Shown here: positions 28,247 through 38,128 of the stretch, piece after piece
Numbering within the stretch: position 1 is the stretch's first letter
How the letters are laid out: each line of letters begins with the position of its first letter
Assembly: GCA_021648365.1 (NCBI GenBank)
Contig: JAKISY010000009.1
Coordinates: 6,975 to 70,974 of the forward strand
Length of the DNA stretch: 64,000 nt
Source of the DNA: Verrucomicrobiales bacterium
Lineage (GTDB): Bacteria > Verrucomicrobiota > Verrucomicrobiia > Verrucomicrobiales > DEV007
Direction: 5' to 3'
The notes under the pieces: model-generated
Database searches by the model: none
What the model was told of the DNA's origin: nothing
The model's input: only the letters and a program-made list of their open reading frames with translations
Made by a program: the position numbers and the translations under genes

Positions 28247-28555
28247 TTATTTAATCTCTGAAACAGTGAATACTTTTTCACCGTCTTTTTCAGACACTTC
28301 ACCAGTCATTTCGACTTTTTTGGAACCCTTACACACATTTTTGTGCCAAGGTTTTCCAGCTTTGCCTGCCAAAAGGTAAGTCACGGTTTTGCCGTCTTCT
28401 TTTACCTGAAGCACGTTGGTGCATTTACTAGCAGTGCCAAGGTCGCATTTTGCGCAAGTAGCAGTTCCTTTGATAGTCGTATCTTTAGCAGATGCGTTGA
28501 GAGCAGTGAACGCCAATACGGCGCCAAATAGAGTAGCTGTGATCAGTTTTTTCAT
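28247..28555 (-). CDS. small secreted Cys-containing protein (hypothetical)
   Basis: 102 aa, signal peptide MKKLITATLFGAVLAFTALNASA, four Cys (CAKC...C...C). It is a monocistronic unit with its own terminator. Confidence 0.7.
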   Translation of the reverse strand: MKKLITATLFGAVLAFTALNASAKDTTIKGTATCAKCDLGTASKCTNVLQVKEDGKTVTYLLAGKAGKPWHKNVCKGSKKVEMTGEVSEKDGEKVFTVSEIK

Positions 28556-28726
28556 GAGTTTTTTTTAGTTTGAGTTCAGCAGTCAGTCGTTAGACGAACC
28601 ATTCACCTTACAAATTATTCATAAGGTGATGCATTATCTATCACATAACGCGAAATGGGGCAAATGTTACAACCGCTTATTTATAAAAGGTCATGTTGTG
28701 TTATTTTCCTCCCCATCAATCATCCC

Positions 28727-28831
28727 CCTCTGTTTCCTCCCTTGCCTCCTGTTCAAACTCCCTCATCGAACACCTTCATAAACTCAAGCTGCATAAAACT
28801 TTTTGAACAGGAGCTAACAGAGAGCACAGAG
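28727..28831. repeat. inverted pair of the CTCCTGTTCAAA-family repeat
   Basis: cctctgtttcctcccttgcctcctgttcaaa (28727..28757) and tttgaacaggagctaacagagagcacagag (28802..28831) are imperfect inverted copies. The same unit occurs at 12257..12296. Confidence 0.65.
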
Positions 28832-28953
28832 AATATTCTTTTATAGTAAAATAGCTGAAACTTACCACCCTCTACTCACTCTCCTAATCCGCGTCATCCG
28901 AGAAATCCGTGGTTAACGCTCTTCATTAGTGTTGATCAGTGTGAATTCGCGTC

Positions 28954-29586
28954 TCACTTTCCCTCACCTATCCGCAAACAAATCTGCACCCCCGGCCCGT
29001 GCACCCCTTCGATCAGGATCCCCTCAATATCCGCCGTCTTCGAAGGCCCCGTCACCCAAATCACATTCGAACTACCGCCCAAATTCTCAATCGCTTGAGG
29101 AATGTTGGCAAAAACCTTTTTTTGATCCGTCAACACCGCCACATGCACCCAAGGAGCCAAAGCCGCCAGACGGTCCACCGTATCCTCATCGTTCAAAATC
29201 ACCGTGCCCGACTCCGCAATCACCCCACTCGCTTTAGTGATCCCAAAAACATAATCATCCACCCTTTGATGATCAAATTCATAACTCACCTGCAAACCCG
29301 CCTCCACCAATACCTCTCCCACCGCCTGCTTCAACTCAGGATCACAATAGCCCTTCCCAAACCCTCCCTCTTTCAAAAACTCCACCAAGTCCGTCACTTC
29401 TTGCATTGGCTTACCACTGACCGCAGAAAAATTCTCAGCAAACTCCGTCCATCCGTCCTGCTCACTTCCCTTATGCCTAGCACTCAACAAAAGCGCACTA
29501 TCATACTCAGGCAAAACCGCCCTCTCACCCAAGCCCAACAGAGCTTCCTTCACCGCCAACTTCACTGTGTCCTCATCATTCTTCAT
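28954..29586 (-). CDS. lutC: lactate utilization protein C (LUD domain)
   Basis: Start at MKNDEDTV (29586), 2 nt after the lutB stop. The LUD/DUF162 pattern is GTVILN...LAPWVHVAVL...GPSKTADIEGILIEGVHGP. Confidence 0.85.
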   Translation of the reverse strand: MKNDEDTVKLAVKEALLGLGERAVLPEYDSALLLSARHKGSEQDGWTEFAENFSAVSGKPMQEVTDLVEFLKEGGFGKGYCDPELKQAVGEVLVEAGLQVSYEFDHQRVDDYVFGITKASGVIAESGTVILNDEDTVDRLAALAPWVHVAVLTDQKKVFANIPQAIENLGGSSNVIWVTGPSKTADIEGILIEGVHGPGVQICLRIGEGK

Positions 29587-29588
29587 TC

Positions 29589-30983
29589 CTAATTCCTCCC
29601 GCGCTCCTTCATCCAGCGTCGAAACTCCCCACCGGACCACTTCGGCAGCGTCCTGATCTTCAACCACGCTTGCAGCGGTTTCACCGGCATCATCGTGATC
29701 GGTAAATGATTCATCGCCTTGGACGCCGTCATCGCCGTTCGCCAAAGTTTCGGCGACGTCGCCAGCTTAGCAAAGGGCGCCATCGGCGGTGAACCCGCAG
29801 ATTTAATCCCCTCTTGGTTCGCCCGCGACCGCAATCTCAATAACAATTCCGGTATCGGAATATTCACCGGGCACACCTCATTGCACGCCCCGCACAAACT
29901 CGAAGCCTTGGGCAGATCCGCATACTTAGGAAAGTCATCACCCGCCAACAAGGGGCTCAACACCGCCCCGACCGGCCCACCATAAACCGCACGATAGCCA
30001 TGCCCACTGGTCTGACGATAAACCGGGCAGACATTCAAACAAGCTCCACAACGAATGCAACGCAGAATATCTCGCTCTTTCGATGCCAAAACTTTGCTAC
30101 GTCCATTATCGAGAAAAATCACATGCATCTGCTCCGGTCCCGAGGGCTGCTCTGCACTGCGCGGCCCTTTGATGAATTGCGTATAAACCGTCAACTGCTG
30201 CGCCGTCGCTGACCTACCTAGAAGATTAAGAAATAATCCCAAATCCTTATCCCTCGGCACCACCTTCTCAATCCCCACCAGCGCGATGTGCAAACCATTC
30301 GCAGCCATGCCAAAACGCGCATTGCCTTCATTGGTCACGACCACCAACCGTCCCGACTCCGCTGAGACAAAATTCGCCCCAGTCATACCCGCATCGCTTT
30401 GCAGGTATTTTTCTCGCAGATGTTTGCGTGCTCGCCGAGTGATCGTCTGCGGATCATCGTTGTACTCCCCCAAACCATGTTCTTCAAAACTCTCCGCCAC
30501 CTGACGCCGGTTTTTATGAATGATCGGCTGCACGATGTGACTCGGAGTATCCTCATCGATCTGGATGATAAACTCCCCCAAATCGGTCTCGACACACTCC
30601 ACCCCATTCTTTTCCAGATAGTCATTGAGGTGGATCTCCTCCGTCACCATGCTCTTTGACTTCACCACCCGCTTGGATCCATTCTCATTCAGAATAGCTA
30701 ACACCTGCTCACGCGCATCTTCCGCAGTAGAAGCAAAATGCACCTTGGCTCCGTTTTTCAGCAAAGCCGCCTCTGCCTGCTCTAAATACTCGTCCAGATG
30801 CTCCAGTGTATGCTGTTTGACCTCTCCTGCCAAACGCCGCAAAGCATCAGGATCGCCGTAATCTTCTTCCAGCTTCGCCTTGCGGCCAGCTACCCGAGTC
30901 ATCACACTCGACAACACCGCATCGCGCGTCTCGCGAGGCAAGTCGCGGGCAAACACATCAATCGGCTGGACAGACTTACTCAT
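29589..30983 (-). CDS. lutB: lactate utilization protein B, 4Fe-4S iron-sulfur protein
   Basis: Two ferredoxin motifs, CIRCGACLNVCPV and CGACNEVCPV, plus an LUD-type N-terminal region. Confidence 0.9.
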   Translation of the reverse strand: MSKSVQPIDVFARDLPRETRDAVLSSVMTRVAGRKAKLEEDYGDPDALRRLAGEVKQHTLEHLDEYLEQAEAALLKNGAKVHFASTAEDAREQVLAILNENGSKRVVKSKSMVTEEIHLNDYLEKNGVECVETDLGEFIIQIDEDTPSHIVQPIIHKNRRQVAESFEEHGLGEYNDDPQTITRRARKHLREKYLQSDAGMTGANFVSAESGRLVVVTNEGNARFGMAANGLHIALVGIEKVVPRDKDLGLFLNLLGRSATAQQLTVYTQFIKGPRSAEQPSGPEQMHVIFLDNGRSKVLASKERDILRCIRCGACLNVCPVYRQTSGHGYRAVYGGPVGAVLSPLLAGDDFPKYADLPKASSLCGACNEVCPVNIPIPELLLRLRSRANQEGIKSAGSPPMAPFAKLATSPKLWRTAMTASKAMNHLPITMMPVKPLQAWLKIRTLPKWSGGEFRRWMKERGRN

Positions 30984-31738
30984 CTCTGCTTCAAACCCAC
31001 ATCACGCAATACTTGCACCGCGTGACGGGTCTCAATATTCTTATTTTGTTTCTCCGCCAGACCTCCCATGTGCATCAGACAACTCATATCCGCCGATACC
31101 AATAGATCCGGCGATTGCTCCAACACACTGTCCAATTTCACCTGCCCGATCTCTCCCGACAAATGCGGAAAAGTCACCGAAAAAGTCCCACCAAAACCAC
31201 AACACTGCTCCGGCGTGCCGACCTCCACCAGCTCCACGCCTTCGATCGATGACAACAAAGTCTCCATCGCCGCACCCGTATCACTGCCACGAGTATGGCA
31301 GGAGTGATGCAATGCGATCTTCTTATTCAAAGTCCCTGCCCACTGCTTCACTCCCAAGCCATTCACCAGAAAATCAAACAACTCCCAAGTCCTCCCCGCT
31401 AGACTCTCCACCTCTTCGGTATCTGCTTTGTCCTCGAACAACAACTGTGACCCGTGAAAATGCATCGCTGCACAAGAGCCAGAAGGCACGATCACTGGTA
31501 GATCACCAGCAAAAACCTCCGCCGTGTAACGCCCTATTTTCTCCGCCGCAGGGAAATCTCCCGAGTTAAACGCAGGCTGGCCACAGCAAGTCTGCGCTTC
31601 CGGAAAGATCACCTCACAACCCACCGCCTCCAATACCTCCACCGTCGCTTTTGCCATATCGGCAAAAAACACATCCGACAAGCAGGTCGCCATCAGCAAA
31701 ACTTTACGCCCCGCTGGTCTGGATTTGGTTTGTGACAT
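30980..31738 (-). CDS. lutA: lactate utilization protein A, (Fe-S)-binding CCG-domain oxidoreductase
   Basis: CCG motifs (TCCGQP, QCCGFGGTF). The stop overlaps the lutB start in an ATGA (30980..30983). Confidence 0.9.
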   Translation of the reverse strand: MSQTKSRPAGRKVLLMATCLSDVFFADMAKATVEVLEAVGCEVIFPEAQTCCGQPAFNSGDFPAAEKIGRYTAEVFAGDLPVIVPSGSCAAMHFHGSQLLFEDKADTEEVESLAGRTWELFDFLVNGLGVKQWAGTLNKKIALHHSCHTRGSDTGAAMETLLSSIEGVELVEVGTPEQCCGFGGTFSVTFPHLSGEIGQVKLDSVLEQSPDLLVSADMSCLMHMGGLAEKQNKNIETRHAVQVLRDVGLKQR

Positions 31739-31791
31739 TTACTAAAAATGGTTCATTCAGATTCAACCGAGCTAGGGTCTTGAGCAAAAAA

Positions 31792-32961
31792 CTAAGCCAA
31801 GGGCGGAGGCACATCAGCAGAAGCTCGCCCCGCATTCACCTTCTTAATCACCAATACGATCAGCCCGGCAGCCACCACCAACAGCGTCACCCCCAAAACC
31901 GGACGATAAAACACCCAAGCAATCGCAATAGTCACTAGCGACAAACAAGCCGCCAGCAAAAACGCAATGATGCCCGTGCCAGCTCCAACGATGCCACCCA
32001 CAAAGGGAATCACATCAGCCAACACCGATGCCACTTTGAACACCATATTAAAGCCGATCATCATCAGTAAAAAACCTCCTCCACGTAACATCCAAGCCAA
32101 AGCCACGTTATCAGCCTCCGCCTTTTCGAACATTTGCTCTGCTGAGTGACTGCCAGTTTGCAACAACTCCACCTCACTGCCATTGGCAGTTTTATAGGGG
32201 ACAAAACTCTGCCCTTTCTGCACCGACACCAAACTGACCTCCAACGGCTTCACGGATTTGAAACTCACTCTCAGATCCCCCACCTTGGAATTGGCAGGAT
32301 CCGCCCCGATATAAAATCCACCGGACACCACTTTGACACTCTGCTGTAAATCCTGCGGTAGCATCTTCCCTTCACCCACGTCCACTGGGCTGGTATCATT
32401 AATTTTAGCCACCAAAGAAGGCGATAACAAAAAAGCCCCTAACTTCACTTTCTCAGCCTGCCATCGTTCCGAGGTATAAAGCATCTCCTTACCATTGGCA
32501 TGCCCCTCCAGCACCTTGAACTTGGACGAGTCCACCGGCGCATCCGACCACTCAAGAGCGTAAGAGTAGCTTTTGGTAGTTTTGGTTCCTCCTCCAAGCT
32601 TTTTCTCCTGCTTGCTCGATACCGATTCCTGCCACTGATAAATCTCCACATCACGCTCCAACTTCAGCGCCGTCGCACCCACACCGAACACCGGATCACT
32701 GAGTTTTTCATCCGTCTCAGCTCGCCCCGTCAGATGAATCAATTTGCCTTCGTTACTTTTGTCCAACGCCTCACTCGTCACCTCCATCACTTTGCTGCTG
32801 CCTTCCTGCAAAGCTTTATGTCGCTTCACCGCCCGTCCCTCATTCCAAAATAACAAAAAAAACGCGATCGCAATCAGAATCGCTCCCAAAACAATCCCCT
32901 TCAAAGCCCCGCCTATTCGACTGAACCACGATTGATTAGATACTTCTGTGTAATCTGCCAT
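31792..32961 (-). CDS. TMEM43/DUF1625 family membrane protein
   Basis: Start at MADYTEVSNQSWFSRIGGALKG. N-terminal TM segment followed by FWNEGR, a large soluble domain, and three C-terminal TM segments, which is the typical TMEM43 layout. Confidence 0.7.
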   Translation of the reverse strand: MADYTEVSNQSWFSRIGGALKGIVLGAILIAIAFFLLFWNEGRAVKRHKALQEGSSKVMEVTSEALDKSNEGKLIHLTGRAETDEKLSDPVFGVGATALKLERDVEIYQWQESVSSKQEKKLGGGTKTTKSYSYALEWSDAPVDSSKFKVLEGHANGKEMLYTSERWQAEKVKLGAFLLSPSLVAKINDTSPVDVGEGKMLPQDLQQSVKVVSGGFYIGADPANSKVGDLRVSFKSVKPLEVSLVSVQKGQSFVPYKTANGSEVELLQTGSHSAEQMFEKAEADNVALAWMLRGGGFLLMMIGFNMVFKVASVLADVIPFVGGIVGAGTGIIAFLLAACLSLVTIAIAWVFYRPVLGVTLLVVAAGLIVLVIKKVNAGRASADVPPPLA

Positions 32962-33083
32962 TTTATTATAAGGGAGGAAATTGCTGCTTCGCATTTTGAG
33001 GCAAACCTACTGCCTTCATCATACACAAAATAAAGTAGAATAACTTTTCAGATTTACCAGTCCGCAAATCAAAACGCCTAAAA

Positions 33084-33133
33084 CACCTGCCACGTAGTGC
33101 GGGCTTCCAACCCGCAATTCTCTTAGGCAGGTG
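33084..33133. repeat. nested hairpin of the N7-TCC-N7 REP-like family
   Basis: Outer arms CACCTGCC (33084..33091) and GGCAGGTG (33126..33133) enclose TGCGGGCTTCCAACCCGCA (33098..33116). Confidence 0.55.
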
Positions 33134-33283
33134 GGGACACCCGCCCGACCTACAGCCATCCGCGTTCCCATCAAACTTCACAGCAGCTGTGCAACAAAAA
33201 AACTCAAGCACTCAAAAGCCCCAAGCCCTCACTTGCAGATGACCATTTCCTCTGCAATCTTGCCACTGAAACACTTCCATAAC

Positions 33284-36200
33284 ATGATCACGCTCCGCCT
33301 TTTTAGCCAAACCCTCCTCGCCCTCACAGCCTGCACCTTGCTCTGCGCGCCTTCCTCCCAAGCAGCAGGAAAAAAAAAGCCCAACGTCATATTTATCCTC
33401 ACCGACAATCACGGAGCTTGGTCACTCGGATGTTATGGCAACAAAGACATTCGCACTCCACACATCGACAAAATGGCAGCGGAAGGGGTTCGTTTCACCA
33501 ATGCTTTTGCCAACAACGCCGTCTGCTCACCCACCCGAGCCACCTTCCTCACCGGCCTGATGCAGTCCCAGCACGGAGTGCACAATTTCCTCCATGGGAA
33601 AAACCTGCAAGTCGGTCCCGATCAACGCAATACTCTGGCGAACTTCACCTCACTGCCCGAAGTGCTGAAAAAAAACGGCTACTCCTGCGGATTGGTCGGC
33701 AAATGGCACCTTGGTAATAATACCGAATCCAATGAAGGGCTCGACGACTACTGGGTCACCCTGCCTGCCGGTGGCACCTCGACTTTTCACGGCGCGACCA
33801 TCATCGAAGACGGCAAGCTGCGCAAAGAGCCCGAATACCTTACCACCTTCTGGACCAAACACGCGCTCAAATTCATCGACCAAAGTGTCAAAACCCCCGA
33901 CAAACCCTTCTTTTTATACCTCGCTTACAATGGTCCCTACGGACTGTCCCGCTATCAGTTGAAATCATCAGGTAATCGCCACGCCAAATATTACGCCGAC
34001 AAAGATCTGCCATCTTTCCCGCGTGGAGTCATCCACCCGTGGGAATACAACAACCGCGAATATTTTGGCAACCCAGTTAGCATCCGCCGTTACGCCGAAG
34101 AACTCAGCGCCATCGATGATGGTGTCGGCGAATTGATGCAAAAACTCAAAGATCTCGGCATCGACGAAGACACCCTAGTGATCTTCGCCGCCGACCAAGG
34201 CTGGGCAGGAGGTCAGCACGGCTTCTGGGGCATGGGCGACCACACCCGCCCGATCAATGCCTTCGACTTTTCGATGAAAATTCCAATGATATTCCGCCAA
34301 CCTGGCAAAATCCCCGCTGGCAATACCCCCGATATTCACGTCACCAACTACGACTTCATGCCTAGCGTGCTGAGCTATCTAGGTATGGGCGAGCAAATGC
34401 CGACCGCCCCCAAATCACCAGGACGGGATTTTTCACCAGCCATGCTCGGGCAAAAAACCGACAAGTGGGACAACAGCGTATTTTACGAATACGAAAGCCT
34501 ACGCTGTGTGCGCTCGGGAGACTGGAAATACATCGAACGTTTTGAAGATGGCTACGACGAGCTCTATGACCTCAAAAATGATCCCGATGAACGCCACAAT
34601 CTGATCAACGAAGAAAAATCGCTCGCCAAAAAAACTGAACTCAAAAAACAACTCGATGATTTTTTTGCGGTCAATGTAGAGAAAAAATACGACCTCTGGA
34701 ACGGCGGCATCTCCCAACCCAAAACCCTCGTCTGGGGCAAAGAAGCTCAAGACCGGCTCAAAGCCAATCTCGCCAAAGGGCGCGGCACCATTCCTAACGT
34801 CTTCGATCCCTCATTCAGCCCTCCGTCAATGACCCTGCCCGACGGCTACATCGCCGAAGTCGCCGCCGCGCCACCACTGGTCGAGCGTCCGATGATGGCG
34901 ACCTTTGACGAATACGGCCGCTTGTTTGTCGCCGAGAGTTCAGGCGTCAACTTGAACGACAAAGAACTCGACAAGCAAAAACCCCACTCGATCAAACTGC
35001 TCGTAGATACCGACAATGATGGCATCTTCGACAAAGCCACCGTTTTTGCCGACAACATGACCTTTCCACAAGGCGCGCTGTGGCTGCAAGATTCCCTCTA
35101 CGTGATGTCCCCTCCTAGCCTGTGGCGACTCGAAGACACCACCGGCAACGGCGTCGCCAATGTGCGTGAAGAATTGGTCACTGGTTTCAAATACACCGGC
35201 AACGCCGCCGATGTTCACGGCCCCTTCCTGCATCCCAACGGACGCATCTACTGGTGCCACGGACGCAAGGGGCACACCGTGGTGGATACCGATACCGGAC
35301 GGGTAGTATCCGACAACAAAGGCGCGCGCATCTGGTCTTGTTTCCCCGACGGATCGGATATCCAGGTTCACGCCGGAGGCGGCATGGACAACCCCGTGGA
35401 ACTCGACTTCATGGACAACGGCGACATCGTCGGCAGTATCAATCTGTTCTACGGTCGCCCACGCGGTGATACGCTCAACCACTGGATTCACGGCGGTGTC
35501 TATCCTCGTTATGACCAACAATCCGTCATCGATGAGTTCAAAAGCACCGGCCCGCTGCTGACCGAATTTCACAACTTTGGCCACGTCGCCGTATCAGGCA
35601 TGATGCGCTACCGCAGCGCGCACGTGAACCCACAATGGAAAGACAACATCTTCACCACCCACTTCAATACCCAGCAAGTGACCCGCACCGTGATCAAACA
35701 ACAAGGCTCCACCTACGCCTCGGTCAAAACCGTGCCCTTCCTCAAAATCAACGACCCCGGCGTCCACATCACCGACGTGCTCGAAGACCCCAACGGCGAT
35801 TTATTAGTGATCGACACTGGCGGCTGGTTCCGCCAAGGCTGCCCCAATTCCCAAGTCGCACGCCCCGACATCTCAGGTGCCATTTACCGCATCCGCAAAC
35901 CCGGTCTGCGTGATCGCAAACAAGATCAATGGGGCAAAAATCTCGAATGGAAAAAAGCCAGCTTCGACGAAGTCGCGCATCGCCTCAATCACGACAGCTT
36001 TTCCATCCGCGAAAAAGCTAGCGCTTGGTTAGCCGAACGTGGCGAACCCTCCATCCCCGCACTCGCCGATGCGCTGGAAAGCACTGACCCCATCCTGCGT
36101 CGCAATGCCGTATGGGCATTGTGTCGCCTACCCTTCACCCAATCTCGTGAGCTATCGCGCAAAATGCTAACCGATCCCGACGAATCCGTAAGACAAGCCG

Positions 36201-37825
36201 CCGCACAAGCTGCCGGTATCAATAATGATCGCCGCGGAGTCGATGCATTGGTCGCCCTCGTTCGCAACGACACCGCCCCCGTCGCCCGCGAAGCTGCCGC
36301 CTCGCTCGGCATGATCGGCAACAAAAAAGCCGTGCCCGGCATCCTCGCCACCCTCGACCGCGAAATGGATCGCCACCAAGAACACGCTATGATCTACGCT
36401 CTCATCGAGCTCAATGACTACAAAAACACCGCCAAAGCTCTAGAATCCGAACACCCCCTTGTGATCAGCCGTGCGCTCTGGGCACTCGATCAAATGGATA
36501 GCTCCAAATTGCAGCCAGGCGACGTTCTCACCCTGCTCGATCGCGATGATGAACAACTCGGCAAAACCGCCACTCAAATCGCTAAACGCCACCCTGAGTG
36601 GGATGGAGCCATCGCCAACCGTTTTTTTGAATGGCTCGATGACAAAAAAACGCTGACTCCCTCTCAGCATAATACCATCAGCCTGTTGGCACCGAGTTTC
36701 ATCACCACTCCACCCATGTTCCCCATCGTCGCTCAGCTGCTCAACAGCGAAGATGACAAACAAAAAGAACTCGGTTTTGCGATCATCGCTGCTAGTGACC
36801 AATCTCCCCTACCAGAGACTTGGACTCCTGCTTTCAAAAAAGCACTAACCAGCAAAGACCAACAACAACTGCTGCATGCGCTCAACGCTTTAGCTAAAAT
36901 CAAAACCGATAGCTTTGATCAAGACCTGCGCAACATCGGCAAAAGTGATCAACAGAGCACCATGATCCGCATCCGTGCCCTGCATGCCGTTTCCACCAAA
37001 AACGCCGTCTTGCACCCCGCTGCCTATCAACTATTCAAAGGTCTGTTGCAAGCCGATGCCAGCCCCTTCCAGAGACTCGAAGCCGCACAAATGCTCGGCA
37101 GTGCCAAACTCACCAAACCTCAGTTGATCGAAATAGCACAGCTCACCATCAATGCCGGCCCGATGGATTTACCACATCTGATCAAAGTTTTTGAAAAACA
37201 ACGCACTCCAGAGATTGGCATGGCGCTTGCCAAAGCTCTACCCAAATCCCCCGGCATCGGCAGCATCCCCGCCACCGAGCTGCAACGTTTATTCACGCAT
37301 TTCGGAGCCGAAGTAACCGCTCAATTCAAACCCACCTTGGACGGACTACTAGCCAAAGCCGAGCAGCAAACTCAACGCCTTGCAGCGATCGAACCCGAAC
37401 TCGACAACGGTGACGCCAAACGAGGGGAAGCCGCCTTCATCGCAGGCAAAGGAGCTTGCATGACCTGTCATAAAATCGGCAACGTCGGACGCTCCATCGG
37501 GCCAGAGCTCACCCACATCGGCAGTATCCGAACCAAACGCGACTTCCTCGAATCCATCCTCTACCCGAGTGAATCCCTCGCCCGCGACTTCGAGTCATTC
37601 TCCGTCACCATGAAAGACGGCGCAGTCCACTTCGGCTTGATCAAAAGAGAAAGCACCGACTCCATCTACGTCACCGACCTAACAGGCAAAGAAACCGCAC
37701 TGCCTAGATCCAATGTGAAATCTGTCGCCCCCGTCCCCATCTCATTGATGCCGCAAGGTCTAGATGCCGCCATGAGCAAACAAGAACTGCTAGACATCAT
37801 CGCCTATTTGAAAGCGAGCCAGTAA
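33284..37825 (+). CDS. fusion protein: S1 sulfatase + PVC-type membrane-bound dehydrogenase beta-propeller + HEAT repeats + CxxCH heme-binding domain
   Basis: Start at MITLRLFSQTLLALTACTLL (signal peptide). The sulfatase part has NVIFILTDNHG, canonical CSPTRATFLTG, GKWHLG and ADQG. The propeller part has ATFDEYGRLFVAES and DVHGPFLHPNGRIYW. HEAT-like repeats include DPILRRNAVWAL and DESVRQAAA. The C-terminus has CMTCHKIG ... SLMPQGL. It is a single 1513-codon frame. Confidence 0.85.
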   Translation: MITLRLFSQTLLALTACTLLCAPSSQAAGKKKPNVIFILTDNHGAWSLGCYGNKDIRTPHIDKMAAEGVRFTNAFANNAVCSPTRATFLTGLMQSQHGVHNFLHGKNLQVGPDQRNTLANFTSLPEVLKKNGYSCGLVGKWHLGNNTESNEGLDDYWVTLPAGGTSTFHGATIIEDGKLRKEPEYLTTFWTKHALKFIDQSVKTPDKPFFLYLAYNGPYGLSRYQLKSSGNRHAKYYADKDLPSFPRGVIHPWEYNNREYFGNPVSIRRYAEELSAIDDGVGELMQKLKDLGIDEDTLVIFAADQGWAGGQHGFWGMGDHTRPINAFDFSMKIPMIFRQPGKIPAGNTPDIHVTNYDFMPSVLSYLGMGEQMPTAPKSPGRDFSPAMLGQKTDKWDNSVFYEYESLRCVRSGDWKYIERFEDGYDELYDLKNDPDERHNLINEEKSLAKKTELKKQLDDFFAVNVEKKYDLWNGGISQPKTLVWGKEAQDRLKANLAKGRGTIPNVFDPSFSPPSMTLPDGYIAEVAAAPPLVERPMMATFDEYGRLFVAESSGVNLNDKELDKQKPHSIKLLVDTDNDGIFDKATVFADNMTFPQGALWLQDSLYVMSPPSLWRLEDTTGNGVANVREELVTGFKYTGNAADVHGPFLHPNGRIYWCHGRKGHTVVDTDTGRVVSDNKGARIWSCFPDGSDIQVHAGGGMDNPVELDFMDNGDIVGSINLFYGRPRGDTLNHWIHGGVYPRYDQQSVIDEFKSTGPLLTEFHNFGHVAVSGMMRYRSAHVNPQWKDNIFTTHFNTQQVTRTVIKQQGSTYASVKTVPFLKINDPGVHITDVLEDPNGDLLVIDTGGWFRQGCPNSQVARPDISGAIYRIRKPGLRDRKQDQWGKNLEWKKASFDEVAHRLNHDSFSIREKASAWLAERGEPSIPALADALESTDPILRRNAVWALCRLPFTQSRELSRKMLTDPDESVRQAAAQAAGINNDRRGVDALVALVRNDTAPVAREAAASLGMIGNKKAVPGILATLDREMDRHQEHAMIYALIELNDYKNTAKALESEHPLVISRALWALDQMDSSKLQPGDVLTLLDRDDEQLGKTATQIAKRHPEWDGAIANRFFEWLDDKKTLTPSQHNTISLLAPSFITTPPMFPIVAQLLNSEDDKQKELGFAIIAASDQSPLPETWTPAFKKALTSKDQQQLLHALNALAKIKTDSFDQDLRNIGKSDQQSTMIRIRALHAVSTKNAVLHPAAYQLFKGLLQADASPFQRLEAAQMLGSAKLTKPQLIEIAQLTINAGPMDLPHLIKVFEKQRTPEIGMALAKALPKSPGIGSIPATELQRLFTHFGAEVTAQFKPTLDGLLAKAEQQTQRLAAIEPELDNGDAKRGEAAFIAGKGACMTCHKIGNVGRSIGPELTHIGSIRTKRDFLESILYPSESLARDFESFSVTMKDGAVHFGLIKRESTDSIYVTDLTGKETALPRSNVKSVAPVPISLMPQGLDAAMSKQELLDIIAYLKASQ

Positions 37826-37921
37826 ACCTCCCCTGAATAGCTCCATGCTTTGAATAAGTGCAAATTTCGACTTGCTGTAGTAGTCCTATTCATGCCCTCA
37901 CCCAGGCGTAAAAACTAAACT

Positions 37922-38125
37922 CAGAACACCTGACTTAGGGCGACCTTATTCTGATACCACTCTGAACTGCCGTCCGCAAAATATTAGAACTTTACGCATT
38001 AACATCAGTCCGTGGAATGGATTGGCAATCCGTTTTTTCTCGTTTTGGTATCACTTTGAATTTTAATCTCAAATTTAACGATTCCCATTCCAACAGCATT
38101 TCCCAAGGACGTGTCAGGTGTTCTG
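37922..38125. mobile_element. MITE-like non-autonomous element, copy 1 (204 nt)
   Basis: Terminal inverted repeats CAGAACACCTGAC...GTCAGGTGTTCTG. Flanked by a 5-bp direct duplication AAACT (37917..37921 and 38126..38130). Internal nested inverted repeat GATACCA (37953)/TGGTATC (38046). About 70-75 percent identical by eye to copy 2. Confidence 0.75.
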
Positions 38126-38128
38126 AAA

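Noticed and set aside
29587-29745. Long form of LutC overlapping lutB by about 160 nt.
   Set aside because: The extension is acidic low-complexity sequence read antisense-frame through the lutB 3' end. The Met at 29586 sits 2 nt after the lutB stop, as is typical for lutABC.
33131-33283. Upstream extension of the sulfatase-dehydrogenase fusion ORF from a GTG at 33131.
   Set aside because: It overlaps the REP-like nested hairpin. The signal peptide starts at the ATG at 33284 (an ATG at 33239 is also possible but less likely).
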